From contig MEDX01000017.1 in assembly GCA_001724245.1 (NCBI GenBank), positions 1 through 47,034 on the forward strand: a stretch of DNA of 47,034 nucleotides, given 5' to 3'. Below the pieces are notes generated by a model. It searched no databases and had not been told where the DNA came from. It worked only from the letters and a program-made list of their open reading frames with translations. The position numbers were made by a program, and so were the translations under genes. Below are positions 31,555 to 43,745 of this stretch, piece by piece. Numbering within the stretch: the stretch's first letter is position 1; each line of letters starts with the position of its first letter. The stretch comes from Fonticula-like sp. SCN 57-25 (lineage: Eukaryota).

Positions 31555-34500
31555 TTACGGCGTTGCAGCCGTCGCCTCCGCCGCCGGCGTCGTCGTCGTC
31601 GCCGCAGCGCTCTCCTTTTTAAAGTAGCTGCTGATGGCCGCCTTGCCGCTCGCCTTGTCCTGCTTTATCCTCTTTGTGGCCGGCGAAGCTTCCGCGTCGC
31701 CCGCCGCGCGCTTTGACGGCGTCTTTGCCTTGCTCGGCGACGACGGCGTCTTGACCTTGCTCGGCGACGACGGCGTCTTCGCCTTGGCCGACTTTGCCGC
31801 CGCCGTCTTTCCGGCGCTGCGCGGCGTCTCCGGCACGCTCTTCTTGGCCTTCTTCTTGGCGGGCGTCGCCGTGGCCGCGTCGTCCTCGGCGCTGAGCATC
31901 GAGTCGTCCCCGTCCGCCGCGCCGCCCTTTTTAAAGTGCGACAGTGTCGTCTGCTTGGTCTTGCGCAGACGAGCATAGATGCGCGCCAGCTTGGCCGCCG
32001 TAGTATTGTCCTTGTGCTCGGCAACGTACATCCACAGGCGGCGCGTCCACGCGTCGTCGCCCTTGGCAGCCGACGTCACGCACGCGCCAATCTTGAGCAG
32101 CGTCTCGCCAACCAGCTTGGCGTCGCTCAGCTGCGCAAAGTCGCTCGTCACGCTCTTGAGGTCGTCCCCAGCCAGCGCCCGCTCAGAGTCGGACAGCGGC
32201 GGCTCCGCGTCCCACTCGGCCTCGGCAATGTGCGAGCTCGACGACGCGGCGGCGGAGGAAGAGGAGGACGGCGCAGCGCCACCCGCCGCGCTCCCGCCCA
32301 CCTTTTCGCCCTGGAACGTCAGGCGAATGCTGCGGTCGCGGCGCAGCGCCTTGAGCAGGTCCTCGGCGCGCTTCACCACATGGCGCGCCTGCGGCAGCTT
32401 CTCGGCCACCGGGGCCGCCGTCGCGGCGGACGCATCGGAAGCCTCGGACGCCGGCGGCTCCTCCTTGACGTCAGCGGCAGCATCGCCGCCTTCGGTCGCG
32501 GTGGCCGAAGAAGGCGCGGCCTGCGCGGCCTGGGCCGCCGCGGCGTTCGTCGTCGGGAACAGCTTTCCCTTGAGCCCGAGCTCCTCGTCGTCAAAGATGG
32601 CGTTCCACGACCCAAAGCCGTACTTGTTGACGCCAACGAGGAGCATGCCGTCCTCCTTGGGCCCCCACGGGACGTTCCAGCCCGACACCGCCTTGACGGC
32701 GCCCGGCACACGGAAGGACGCAAACGGCACGCCGTTGAGCTTCTTGGCGAGCAGCGCCAGCTCGGCCAGGCGCGTGACGAGGCTCGTCGCGCTCACAGAC
32801 ACATTGTAAATCATCACTGTCGTGTCCTTTTCCTTGACAACCTTCTTGTCAGACGACGACGACGAAGGGGCCGCCGCCTTGGACGCCGTCTCAACGGCCT
32901 TGTGGCACGTGTTGACAATCTCGTCGATGAGCGCATTCACCTCGTCCTGGTCGCGCGTCTCGAGGCTCGCGTCGAGAATCACCTTTTCGCGCAGCGCTTC
33001 CGTCCAGCCATACTTGCGCACGGCCATCACAATGCGGCGAATAATGCGGTCCGACGTCAGCGGCTCCACCTTCTTAACCTTTTCGGGCTTTTCCTTGATC
33101 TCCTTTTCCTTGGACTTCTTCTCCTTGGACTTTTTGGTGGGCGCCAGGTCAAGGTCGTCCGCGCCGCTGTACTTTTCAACCGTCTTGCGCTTGCGCGGCT
33201 CGCTCAGCACCTGGTACACGTTCTGCATCTTTTCGTCCTGCTCCTCCTGCTCAACCTTGTCGCGCTGCTCCTTGGGGATGATCTTGTCCCACTCAAACGT
33301 CGCGGCCACCTTGAACGCATTCAGCAGCTCCGACGCCTCGCCCTCCTGCTCAGGGTCGCCCTCGTGCGTCTCGGCGCGCGCCAAAATCTCATCAAGGTCC
33401 AATTCGGGCGCGGCCTGCGATGACGCGCCCTCGGTCGTCCCAGCGGCCGCGGATGCATCGCCGCCGTCACCGTTGCCACTCGAGCCATTCGAAGTCGCCT
33501 CCTCGCTGGCCTTGAACAGCGCCTGGGCGCTAAAGGCGAGCACGCGCTGCAGCTCTTCCTTGTTGAGGCGGTTTTCGCTGCCCTTGTCCACCTTGGAGTT
33601 GCCCGACGTGTCCATGCGCTGGATCACAAGATGGTCGAGCACCATCTTGCGCTTGGCGCTCTCGATAATGTGCTCCTCCACGCTGTCCGTCGTCACAAAG
33701 CGGTAAATGTTGACGGCGTTCTTTTGACCAATGCGGTGGGCGCGCGCCTGCGCCTGCAGATCGTTCTGCGGGTTCCAGTCGCTGTCATACAGAATCACAG
33801 TGTCGGCCGTGGCGAGATTGATGCCGAGGCCACCAGCGCGCGTGCTCAAAAGGAAGCAAAAGTCATTCGAGCCTTCGGCGTTAAAGTGGTCCATGGCCTG
33901 GCGGCGCTGATCGCTCGACACGCTGCCGTCGAGGCGCTGGAACGTGTAGCCGCGCAGGCGCAGGTACTCGGCGAGGAGATCAAGCATGCGAACCATCTGC
34001 GAAAAGATGAGGACGCGGTGTCCGTCCTTTTTGAGGCGCTCCAGCAGCTTGTCGAGCAAAACAAGCTTGCCGCTGTTCGAGATGAGGAGATTCAGGATCG
34101 CGTCGCGGTTCTTGGCGCTCACGAGCTCGCTGTCATCCACGAGGTAAGGGTGGTTGCAGCACTTTTTCAGCTCGACGACGATATTGTGCAGCGTCGACTG
34201 GTTGCCCTTGGTACCCTTGTTCAGCGCAGCATAGTTGCGCGCCATAATCCACTGGGACATTTGCTGCTGCTTGGGCGACATGCCAACACGCAAAATACTA
34301 CAAAACCAATGATTAGCAACAAAAAACAAAAATTGTTCATCCACACGCACCGTTCCGTCTTTGACGGCAGCGACTTTTCAACGTCCTTTTTGATGCGGCG
34401 GAGAAGGTGCGGCCGCAGCTCCTCGTGGAGCTTTTCCAGGTGCCCTTCCTCCTGCAGGTCCTTGTAGGTCGCCTCAAACTCTTCGACGCTTCTAAACTTG

Positions 34501-36394
34501 TTTGGCATCAAGAACGAGAGGAGCGACCACAGCTCGCGCATGCTGTTTTGCAGCGGCGTGCCGGTGACAAGAAGGCGGTTGGCCGTGCTAAAGTCCTTGA
34601 GGACGTCGTGCAGCAGCGACTCTGAGTTTTTGAGGCGGTGCGCCTCGTCGACCACGAGCAGGGACCACTTGAGGCCGCGCAAAATGTCCGCGTCCTTGAG
34701 GACAATCTCAAACGTCGTCAAAAGGACGTTGAAGCGCGGCTGGCGCGTGTTCCCCTTGGTGCCGTAAAACTCGTAATCGCGGAGCGTCTCGCGCGACTCG
34801 CGGGAGCCAATGTACATGATCATGTTGAGGTCAGGCGCCCACCGCTTAAACTCGTTCGCCCAGGCGTTGATGGTGGAGAGCGGCACGACGACGAGGTACG
34901 GGCCGAAAATCTTGTGCGTGTGCACCAAGTAAGAGATAAAACTAACGCTCTGGCACGTCTTTCCAAGACCCATCTCGTCGGCGAGGATCACGTTGCGGTT
35001 AAACATCCACGAGTAGGCGAGCCAGTTGAGGCCCTCGAGCTGGTAGTCGCGCAGCGTGCCGCCCACGAGGTACGACGGCTGTTCCATGAGCTTCGTCACC
35101 TTTGAGCGCTGCGTGGTGATAGAGGCAGAGTGAGCGGGAAGCATCGCGCTGTTCTGGCGAGCGAGGAAATCGTCAATCTCCTTTTGGAAATCGCCCTGGA
35201 TCAACGACTCATTCTCCCACGTCAGCTGGTCATACGGGACGCCGCGCCACTTGCAGCAGTACTGCGTGTCGCCCGTCTCGTCGTCGATGCGAACCGCCAC
35301 AACGCGTTCCACCTTGGTGTGTTCCTCGAGGATCTCGCGCTGCATCTCGCGCTCGATATCCAGGCCTTCCAGCTCCTCGCGCGTCAAGTGAGGACGTATC
35401 CGGTCCGCCTCGGCAAGCTTCTTGATGTAATTCTCGAGCTTCTTAAAGCCCTTGATACCCGCGAGCGATTCCTTGGTCTCCCACGTATTGTGCATGTGCG
35501 ATTTGTTGTTCCATTTGATCAAGTAGACGTGCTTGTCATCTTCCACCTTGTCGTCGAGGACGCGGTCGATCGACTCGCCCTCCTCCTCCTCGGCAGCGCC
35601 GTACGACCAGTTCTGAATCTCGTCGTCCTCGTCCTCTTCGTCGTCGCTCTGCAAACATTGGGTTAGCCAACGAATGGCGCCGACCATAAGATATGTCGCG
35701 TACATCTTCGCTGGGCTGCTCCTCGGCATAGCTCTTGCGACCGCTCGCCTGGCGCGACGATCGCCTCGCGTCGTCCGCTGCGGTACATTGTCAGTCACCC
35801 TAGCGTTAATTAACTATGCAAGCGCGCACTCCATGCCATCTTGCTCGAGTGGCGGCCGCGCGGGACCCCCTCACCATCGTACTCGTCGTCGCTGTCGCCG
35901 CCGTGCACGATGCGACTCCCGCTCTCGGACGAGCCGCCCCGACTCGACTTTGAGGCGGGCTTGCGCTTGTTGCTCGACGTAGACTTTGACACTGGCGCGG
36001 CGGCGGGCTTGCGCGCGCGCGGCCTTGCGGGCGGCGAGTCCGGCTCAAAGTCATCTTCGTCGTCGCTCTTTTCATTGTAGCCCTTGGCAGGCCGCCGGGG
36101 GCGAACCGACCGGCGCACAAACGAGCTGTCATTCACGTCGTCTTCGTCGGACAGTTCCGGCACCGAATCTTCCGCTGCCGCCTTTGATTGGCGGTAGGCA
36201 AACTGAGCGAGCGATGTCGGGCGCGCAGGCTTGGCGCTCGATGACGAGGATGACGACTTGTTCGATGCGCTATAGCTGTCGCTCTCGCCGTCGGACGACG
36301 CGCTGCCGGCCGACTGCTCGGCGCTGGAACCCACAAACTCGTCCACCTCGGACTCGGAGCTGCTCGACTCGTCCAATTCAGACGAGCTGCTCAT
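31555..36394 (-). CDS. CHD1: CHD1-type chromodomain helicase DNA-binding chromatin remodeler, multi-exon
   Basis: Double chromodomain (YLIKWNNKSHMHNTWE; YCCKWRGVPYDQLTWE). SNF2 motifs ILADEMGLGKT, VDEAHRLKN, ELKKCCNHPYL, LSTRAGGLGINLATADTV and DSDWNPQNDLQAQARAHRIGQ. SLIDE-like WGPKEDGMLLVGVNKYGFGSW. Intron at 34298-34350, with two more near 35650-35870. Confidence 0.95.
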
Positions 36395-36666
36395 GGCGAA
36401 TAGGCCCACGATGCGTCAACTAAAGAGGAAATGGGAAAGGGCGCGCCAAAAACGAAATCGCGGCCTGCTGGTTCACCTCGCCTACCGCAAGCCGCAACAA
36501 GACGCAAAAATAAAAATACCGCGAGGGATCTAAGACTGCCTGGCGATCGCTAGGCGCGTGGTCGACCACTCTTTCTCCCCTTTTCTCTTCTCGCGTGTGG
36601 TCGAGAGATTTCGCGCGCTATTTGCCCACGTGGATATGCATGCAAACTCCCGCAAAAATTTTGTCC

Positions 36667-36739
36667 AGGCCGATGCGAGGTTCGAACTCGCGACCTTTTG
36701 TGTGTAAAACAAACGTGATAACCACTACACCAATCGACC
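36667..36739 (-). tRNA. tRNA-Val (anticodon UAC)
   Basis: Minus strand GGTCGATTGGTGTAGTGGTTATCACGTTTGTTTTACACACAAAAGGTCGCGAGTTCGAACCTCGCATCGGCCT folds as a cloverleaf: acceptor GGTCGAT/ATCGGCC, anticodon arm TTTGT-TTTACAC-ACAAA, T-loop TTCGAAC. A T5 Pol III terminator lies about 9 nt downstream. Confidence 0.93.
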
Positions 36740-36913
36740 AAAGAAAGGGCCAAACTTTGATCTTTATGAACAGAACGCTTTGATTACCTGCCTAATAAGG
36801 CAAGTGCCTTCCTAAAAAGATTCAAAAATCATTTCCGGTCGTAACTGTCAAAAATCCTGCGACTGCACGCACACCGCCTTTCCAGGAGCTAGGAGAGAGA
36901 AAAAGAACGAGAC

Positions 36914-37584
36914 ATGGCCGATCAAGTGCGTACTGTCCGCCGTCTTTCCGAAGTGACGACACCCAAGAAGGTGATCGTTGAGAAGCGCTACGTCGGCTCG
37001 TTCATTGCGCCCGACATGGTCGCCGAGACGGCCAAGATGACCGAGGCCGAGATGCAGCGCCGCGCTGCGGACGAGAAGAAGCGCGCCGAGCAGGACAAGG
37101 CGCGCATGCAGTACGCTCCATTCTATTATTGATGGATCTTTATTAATGAGTCAACAGGCAGGAGGAGCAGGCTCGCTTGAAGGCAAAGATCGCCGAGGCG
37201 CTCATGTTTAGCCCGCCGCCGTCGGCCCCGACATCGCTTCCCCTGAGGTCGCCCGCTTCGTCGACGCCAATGCCCCGCTCAAACAGCCGCTCAGAGATGC
37301 TCGGTAACCAGGAGAACATGATGTGCCCGCCGTCGCCCGTCAACCAGAAGCAGCGCAGGCCGGCGAGCAGCCTGGTCGACGCCCATGACCGCAACTTTGA
37401 GGAGAGCCTCGACTACATGTGCACGGTCCTGAATGCCGAGCCCCGCAACGTGCTTAGGAGTGCGCCCGACACGCAAGTGGTCCATTATCTTTCTAACATT
37501 ACTGCTATAGAGTATTTGCTGGAGAACAATTATGACTGCCACGAGGCCATCACTGCGGTGCTCAGCGACAAGCTCGGCAAGTGA
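36914..37584 (+). CDS. Hypothetical protein: coiled coil, Pro/Ser linker, C-terminal UBA/CUE-like helical domain, 3 exons
   Basis: MADQVRTVRRLSEV.. with introns at about 37110-37157 and 37460-37510 (GTGCGC..CTAAC..TAG). Spliced C-terminus VLNAEPRNVLRKYLLENNYDCHEAITAVL. Confidence 0.7.
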
Positions 37585-37646
37585 GCGCACCAAGCGTTAG
37601 TTAGTTTAATAGTGTAAAACATGGTGACATTGTGCTTTTTATTGCT

Positions 37647-39518
37647 TTAATACTGAACGACAATAATTCGCATCGAAGACAGAATAGCAAGACGGTTCCC
37701 TGGCAGCGGCGCGATACCCATAAACTCCTCCTCAAAGCCCGGGTCCAGGTCGAGGACGTACTGCGCCCCGTGCACGTCGCGCCCTTGCGATTGGCGGTAT
37801 ACATACAGGAAGCGAGTGGCCTCGAGAATAAGTGCAACAGAGCCATCCGGCACAAACGTCACAAACTTGCGCAACCGCTTGGACGCCTGTACATACGAGA
37901 ACGCTGCGGGCCGCACATTAGAAAATAAAGCAAAAAGGAAAAAAAAACGAACCGTCAAGGGTGGCGACGTGCGTGGCGGTGATCGCCTCGCGGTCAATGT
38001 TAAACACCAGCGTGTCGACGTCGAGCTTGAGACCGAGCGCGCGCGCGCCGTTGTGCTGGCTGGGCAGGCCAAAGCACATAAAGTCAAAGCGACCGCTGGC
38101 GGCGACGTGTGTGCACCTGCCGTCGGGGGCAAAGACGTGGATGGACACGGACGGCGCGTCCGTATCGCACTCTTCCATGGTGCGGTCGAGCGCCTTGGGG
38201 TCAAAGGCGGGCGTCTGGAGGCCGCTGCCCTCGACGGACGACGTCAGCGCCTTGAGCCGCTCGCGGATGCCGGCCAGCTCGCTGGGGTCGACAGTCTCGA
38301 GGACGCCGTCGTCATGCGCAAAGATGTGCGACCAGCGGAACTGGTCCGCCTTTTCGAGGTACAGCGTGAGCACGCGCTCGTTCTCGAGCGTCCACACGCA
38401 GTCGGATGCCTTGACACTGCAAATATCGCGTCAGTTTGCACGAATACAGAGAAATTATAAACGCACGTTCCCATGAGCTGCGCGAGGCCAAACGCGCCGA
38501 CCGGGACACCGGCGACGTTGAGGCTGACGCGCTGGCCCTCAAAGCGGCACGCGACGTGCGCCTTGAGGACGGGAGCCGGGAGCGTCATGACGACGACAAC
38601 GTCCGTGTCGGTCTGCATCCACGAGTACGACGTCGGGGCCACCGCGCTCATTGCGGCGTTGCCGGCAGGCGCAGCGGACGCCTGCGGGCCGACAAACGTG
38701 CAGGTGCCCACTACGACCAAGCGCGAGCCGTCCTGGCTTATGCCAACATCGAGCGGCGTCTCATTCGAGACGAGCGTGACGGCAGGCTCGCCGGGGACCA
38801 TCGAGTGGTCCGCTCCAATCAGCCGGATCGTCAAGAGGTGCGTCTGGAACATGGTCTTCCACTTGAGTGAGCGGCTAGCCGACTCTGACGAGGCGGCCGC
38901 GTCGGTGGTGGCGTCGAGCAGCGTTTCGTGCACGGACGACGCGCACACCAGCAGCTTGCCGTCGGGGTACGCCGCGTCGAGCGTCACCTTTGCGTCGTGC
39001 AGAAGGAGGCCGCGAACACCGGCGACGCCAAACTGATCAATGTTGAGGAAGCACCAGTGCAACAAGCGCGCCTCATACTCGGCGTAAGCAACATGCAAAA
39101 GCACCAGACGGTGGTCGCCCACGCTCAGGACGATGAGGTTGGGGGTCGGGAAGCACAAGGACGGGAGCTCCAGTTCCGATGCGACGGATTGCTCAAAGCG
39201 CGGCATCGTGAACAAAACCGTCGACTGCACGGGCCCCGCGCCCAGCGCAACACGCGTCAGCTGCATAGCAGCGTCCACATAGTACACCGCGTGGGGATCG
39301 AACGGGCTCACGGAGAGCCGGTTGTGGCCGGCACGGCGCTGGAGCTTCTTGAACGAAAACTCGGCGGTGTTGTTGCTCTCTTGCAGCTGAACGGGCGCCC
39401 CAAGCGGGTGCTGCAGAATCGCCGCAGGCGAGCCCTCAGTCGCCAGCTTGTACCCTTCAAACCTCGCATTGATGAGCGAGCGGTTCGCCTCCACCTCAAC
39501 GCGGCCGATCGCCTCCAT
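37647..39518 (-). CDS. NUDCD1: NudC domain-containing protein 1 (CML66-like; CS/p23 domain), multi-exon
   Basis: N-terminal ANRSLINARFEGYKLA, CS domain YSWMQTDTDVVV...WTLENERVLTLYLEK..RW, and C-terminal LDVDTLVF..HVATLD|AFSYVQASK...KF. Confidence 0.88.
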
Positions 39519-39769
39519 GCTGTCGGACGCACACCTGCTTGTCAAGCACTGCAACTGCACTGCAAACTGATTGAGTTTGCATCATTTGCACAAGATTCGA
39601 GTCGAAGAGTAGTACGCCATGCTAGGAGCTTGTTCAAGTAAAAATACTGGTCAAACAAGCGAATACGCCATTACCGAGGACCTTATGATATAATCAAGCC
39701 TGATGATGTGATAATATACTGCATTGTAGTCAATCATCGTATGTACAAAATATTTTCCTTTGTTGGCCA

Positions 39770-42700
39770 TTACAGGTCGCCTCGCCCGCTGACCTGCGCG
39801 TTGAGGTGGTCTGCGTGCGCTGTGCAGAACGTGTCCTCGAGCGAGTGAAGCCTGTACTCGCCCTCCTTTGTCGCGATAAAGCGCGTGCGCGGCCCGGCCA
39901 CGCTGTTGATATGGTAGAGCTCCGTGGTCGGTTCGTGGAACGCGTCGCGCATGATTGTAATGTTGAACGGCCCGGTGCCGCGCAGAATGTCGATTTCGAT
40001 AGGTACCGGGTTGTCCGGGCGCGCGTAGATCTCGCTCACGCGGCCGCCGTTCAGCGTAGCGTGCGGCCGGGCGCGAACAGTCACCGTCACGTCCACATCC
40101 CGCGAGCAGTGCTTGGTCGAAACCCGCGTGATGTGCATGACGCCATCCTGCTTCGCCTCAAGGAAAAGGTGGGCGCGCGTCGAACGACGGCTGCGCGCCT
40201 CACCGCCAAACGAATACGACATTTCCCACGGACCATCTGCGAAAGCACAGAAAGAGAACAAAAACAACGTGTTAGCACCAACGTAGCACATGTGCAAGCT
40301 GCGTACCGCTCGCGGGACCAAAGAAGATCTCGATCGGATCGCCAACGCACACGTGGCCCGGTCCCTGCACGGTGATTGTCGGCACGTCGCCGACCGACAC
40401 CATGACGCTCGTCTCCGTCTCTGTCCAGCAGCCCGTCGCGTCGACAATCTTTTCAATGACGATGCTAAAGACGCCCGTCCGGTCTAGCTCGTTGACGACG
40501 AGCTCACCGTCGTGGAAGCCCGCGGTCGCAGCGGCCTTGGAGCCGGTCGGCAGCTCGAGCGTGCGCGTGAATGTCCGCGCGTCGTCTGCGGACCGGATCG
40601 AGTACGTGATGACAAACGGCGCGACGCCAAAGACACGCAGCGGAATGCGCGCCTCCTGCCCGCGGCAGTGCTGCATCTCGATCCCGACGGTGCCTGGCGG
40701 GGTGCCCGCGTCTGCCGGGCGGCCCTTGCCAGCCGCCGGCTTGCGCAGCGCAAGCTCCACCGTCGGGTTGCGGTGCACGAGCACCGACGCCGTCGCCTTG
40801 GCGGTCGCGGGAACATTGACGACGCCATGGTACCGGTCCGAGACCGACTCGATGACGTACACAAAGCTGCCGTCGACGAGCGGCGTGTCAACAAGCGCAA
40901 CGTCATCCGCTTCGGCCACCGAAAAGACGTCCAGGGAGCGGCGCTCGACAGCCGGGCCGGCTGCGTTGGCGGACGCGCCGCCGGGCTGCGATTTCCGCGG
41001 CAACTTGACAGAGTAGCCAACCTTCCACGGCGCCTCGCCGCCCGAAAGCGCGAGCGTCGCAATCCTCGCCGGGCGGCCGACGCAAGCGTTGGCGGGCCCA
41101 GCCTCAAACAGGCGCAGGGCGGGCGGCGTGACAAGGCTGACCATGCACTCGGCCGGCGGCTGCACGCTGCCCGGGCAGTGCGCGTCGCGCACGCCCAGCA
41201 GCCTGTACGCGCCCGACTCTGTGAGCGTGACGAGCGACTGGTCGGTGCTGTAGATGGTCTTTTGCGTGGGGGCGGCGGCGTCGGCGCCGGGGACATGGAG
41301 CGACACCTGGAATGGTGCGCGGCCGCCGACGAGGCGAATCGGGAGGCTGGCGCCGTACGACGTCGTGAGGATCGGCGCGCCGGGCGAGCCCGACACATGG
41401 CCCGACGGCTCGCACTCAAAGCTCGCGGTGACCGGGTCGACGATGATGGTCCGCGTGTCGCTCAGCGTGCGCGCGCACTCGTTGCCGTCGCGCACCGACA
41501 GCAGCGAGATCGTGTAGCGGCCGCGCGCCGGAATGTGCGAGTAAATGTCGAGCGTCGTGTTGTCGCCCGTGATGTTTGCGACCATGTGCTTGCTGTCGCG
41601 CACAGAGTACGTAAGGGAAAACGGCGCAGCGCCCTCGAGCTCGACGCCCAGCGAAAGCGGCTCGTCCAGGCAGAGGTACTGCGTCGCCGCGCCCGCGCCA
41701 AAGTAGGCGTACGCGGGCTGGTGTACGAGTACGCTCAGGCTCACGTCAATCGGGACCTGGTCATAGTACGTGTCCGTGAGCGACACAAACGACACTGTCG
41801 CAATGCCGCCTCCGAGGCCCGGGCGCGGCGTCAGCAGCACCGAGTACGGCGAGTGCGGCACCACAATCTGGCTGGCCGGCTGCGCCGACGCCGCGCGGTC
41901 CGATGACCACTGCACAGAGACGCGCCACGGGGCAGTGCCCGTCAGCTCGAGCGTCACGTTCAGCGGGCTGTCAGGGCACATGGACGAAGGAAGCGCGCCG
42001 ACAAGCGCGAGTGTCGGCGACGGGGCGTGAACGGCCACAAACGACGGCGGAGGAAGCACCGTGCCCTCGCAGACAGCTTCAACAACATGTAAGCAAACAA
42101 GCAAAACAAAAAAAGAAACGCACAATCAGCGACAGAAATGAGCGTGTAGGTTCCCGCCTCGTTCACCTTGATGTACGCGCTGGTGGGGAGCTCGAACGCG
42201 TGGCGCACAAGCGGGCGCAGCGGCGTCGAGTACGACACCGTGAACGGCCCGCGGCCGGTAAGCTCGAGAGGGACGTCGCGCTCGGACTGCGCGGCGAGCA
42301 CGACGCTCTGGAGCGGGCCTCGGACGGTGGGGCGCGGCAAGAGGTGCAACCTGAACGTGGGCGTGCGGTCCGAGCCAAAGTACGAGACGGTCATATTGCG
42401 CGCGTCGGTGACACTCACAACGCGCCACTCGTACACCCCGTTGACAAAGGCGTCGCTCAGCGGCATCCGCCAGTAGTGGTACGAGAGGTAGCCAATCTCG
42501 GCCGGGAGCGACAGCGCGGACACGTCCACAAAGTCGCGCACCTTGGTCTCGATGCGGCGCGTCGCCGGCTCGCCGTTAAAGTAGCGATCAATGGAGATGG
42601 AAAACGGCGCTTCGCCCGACAGGCGGAGCAGCGTGGAGGTGGCGTCGCCGACGCACTTTGTCATCACCGAGCGGTACACAAAGTGCGCAGTCGGGGGGCG

Positions 42701-43556
42701 AGCAGGGAGCGGAAGCGGCGCGTACGGGAAGAGGACAACCGTCACAGTCGAGTTGGACACAAAACCGTCGTGGTCAATGCGGTCATTCACCGACACAAGC
42801 GAGTAAATGCCCGTCGACGTTGCGTTCAGCGCAAAGGGGCGCTCGTGGAATGAAACCTCAAACTCGGTCGGCGTCCGCACGCGAGCGTACTCTTCAATCT
42901 GAAAGTGCGATGCGGGAAGAGGGTCCACCCGGTAGCGGAGACGCCAAGGAGCAACACCGTCAAGGCGCATATAGAGCAGCGAATTGACGGCGATCACCTG
43001 CGATGCAACGGGGTACGGGCAGTGGCGGTGAACATTGAGGCGCTCGCAAAACGTCGCAGCGGCGGCAGCATGGTGAAGCCGAACAATGCCAGGGAGTGAC
43101 GAGCCGCTCGCCGACTGGGGGCCAACCACTGCACAAACCAAGCGTCAGCTACACTCTTTCTCTTGCGCGGCGATCACGCGCACCTTCAACAAGCTCGGGG
43201 CCGATGCCGCCCGCGACCGTTCCGTTGCCGCTAAGGCCGCCCATAAGCGGGGACCGCAGGCCGTTGAATACAATACCATTAAAAAAAAACAAGCAAATAA
43301 GCAGGAGAACGGCGCCCGTATTGCTCAGCCGCAACCGCTGGCGCTCCTGCCGATGCATGATGGACCGCGACGCCGACGGTTGCGGCGACGGCTCCGCCTT
43401 GATCATCGTCGGCGTCCGCGTTTGGATGACAAATAGGCACACCGCATCCACTATAACCGACGCCAGAAATAGTAATGTCGACGTCCCTACTACGGACGAA
43501 AGAGCCAGCTTGAACGCCTGCAGCACGGCAAACGCCTGCCACATGCCGTTGTCCAT
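39770..43556 (-). CDS. POM152: Pom152-like transmembrane-ring nucleoporin (N-terminal TM helices, about 8-9 Ig-like lumenal repeats), multi-exon
   Basis: Hydrophobic N-terminal helices, then repeats such as LSGEAPFSISI, LTGRGPFTVSY..GTYTLISVAD, LTGTAPWRVSV, LEGAAPFSLTY..YTISLLSVRDGNEC, GAYRLLGVRDAHCPGSV, CVGDPIE..GPWEMSY and terminal EGEYRLHSLEDTFC. Confidence 0.8.
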
Positions 43557-43745
43557 GCTGGGTCGCGCGCCGCAGCAGCTTACCGCCACAAGAATCTAGT
43601 TTGCAGTTTGCAATTTGCAATCCAATTTGCGAGCAGCTAGCGAGTGGAGGGATGAAAGCTGAATGAACGAACGCATGTGTATTATGGGCCCTAGTATATT
43701 TTGCTCAAAGAAAGCTAGTTTTTTATTGTCATAATTGCGACAGAA

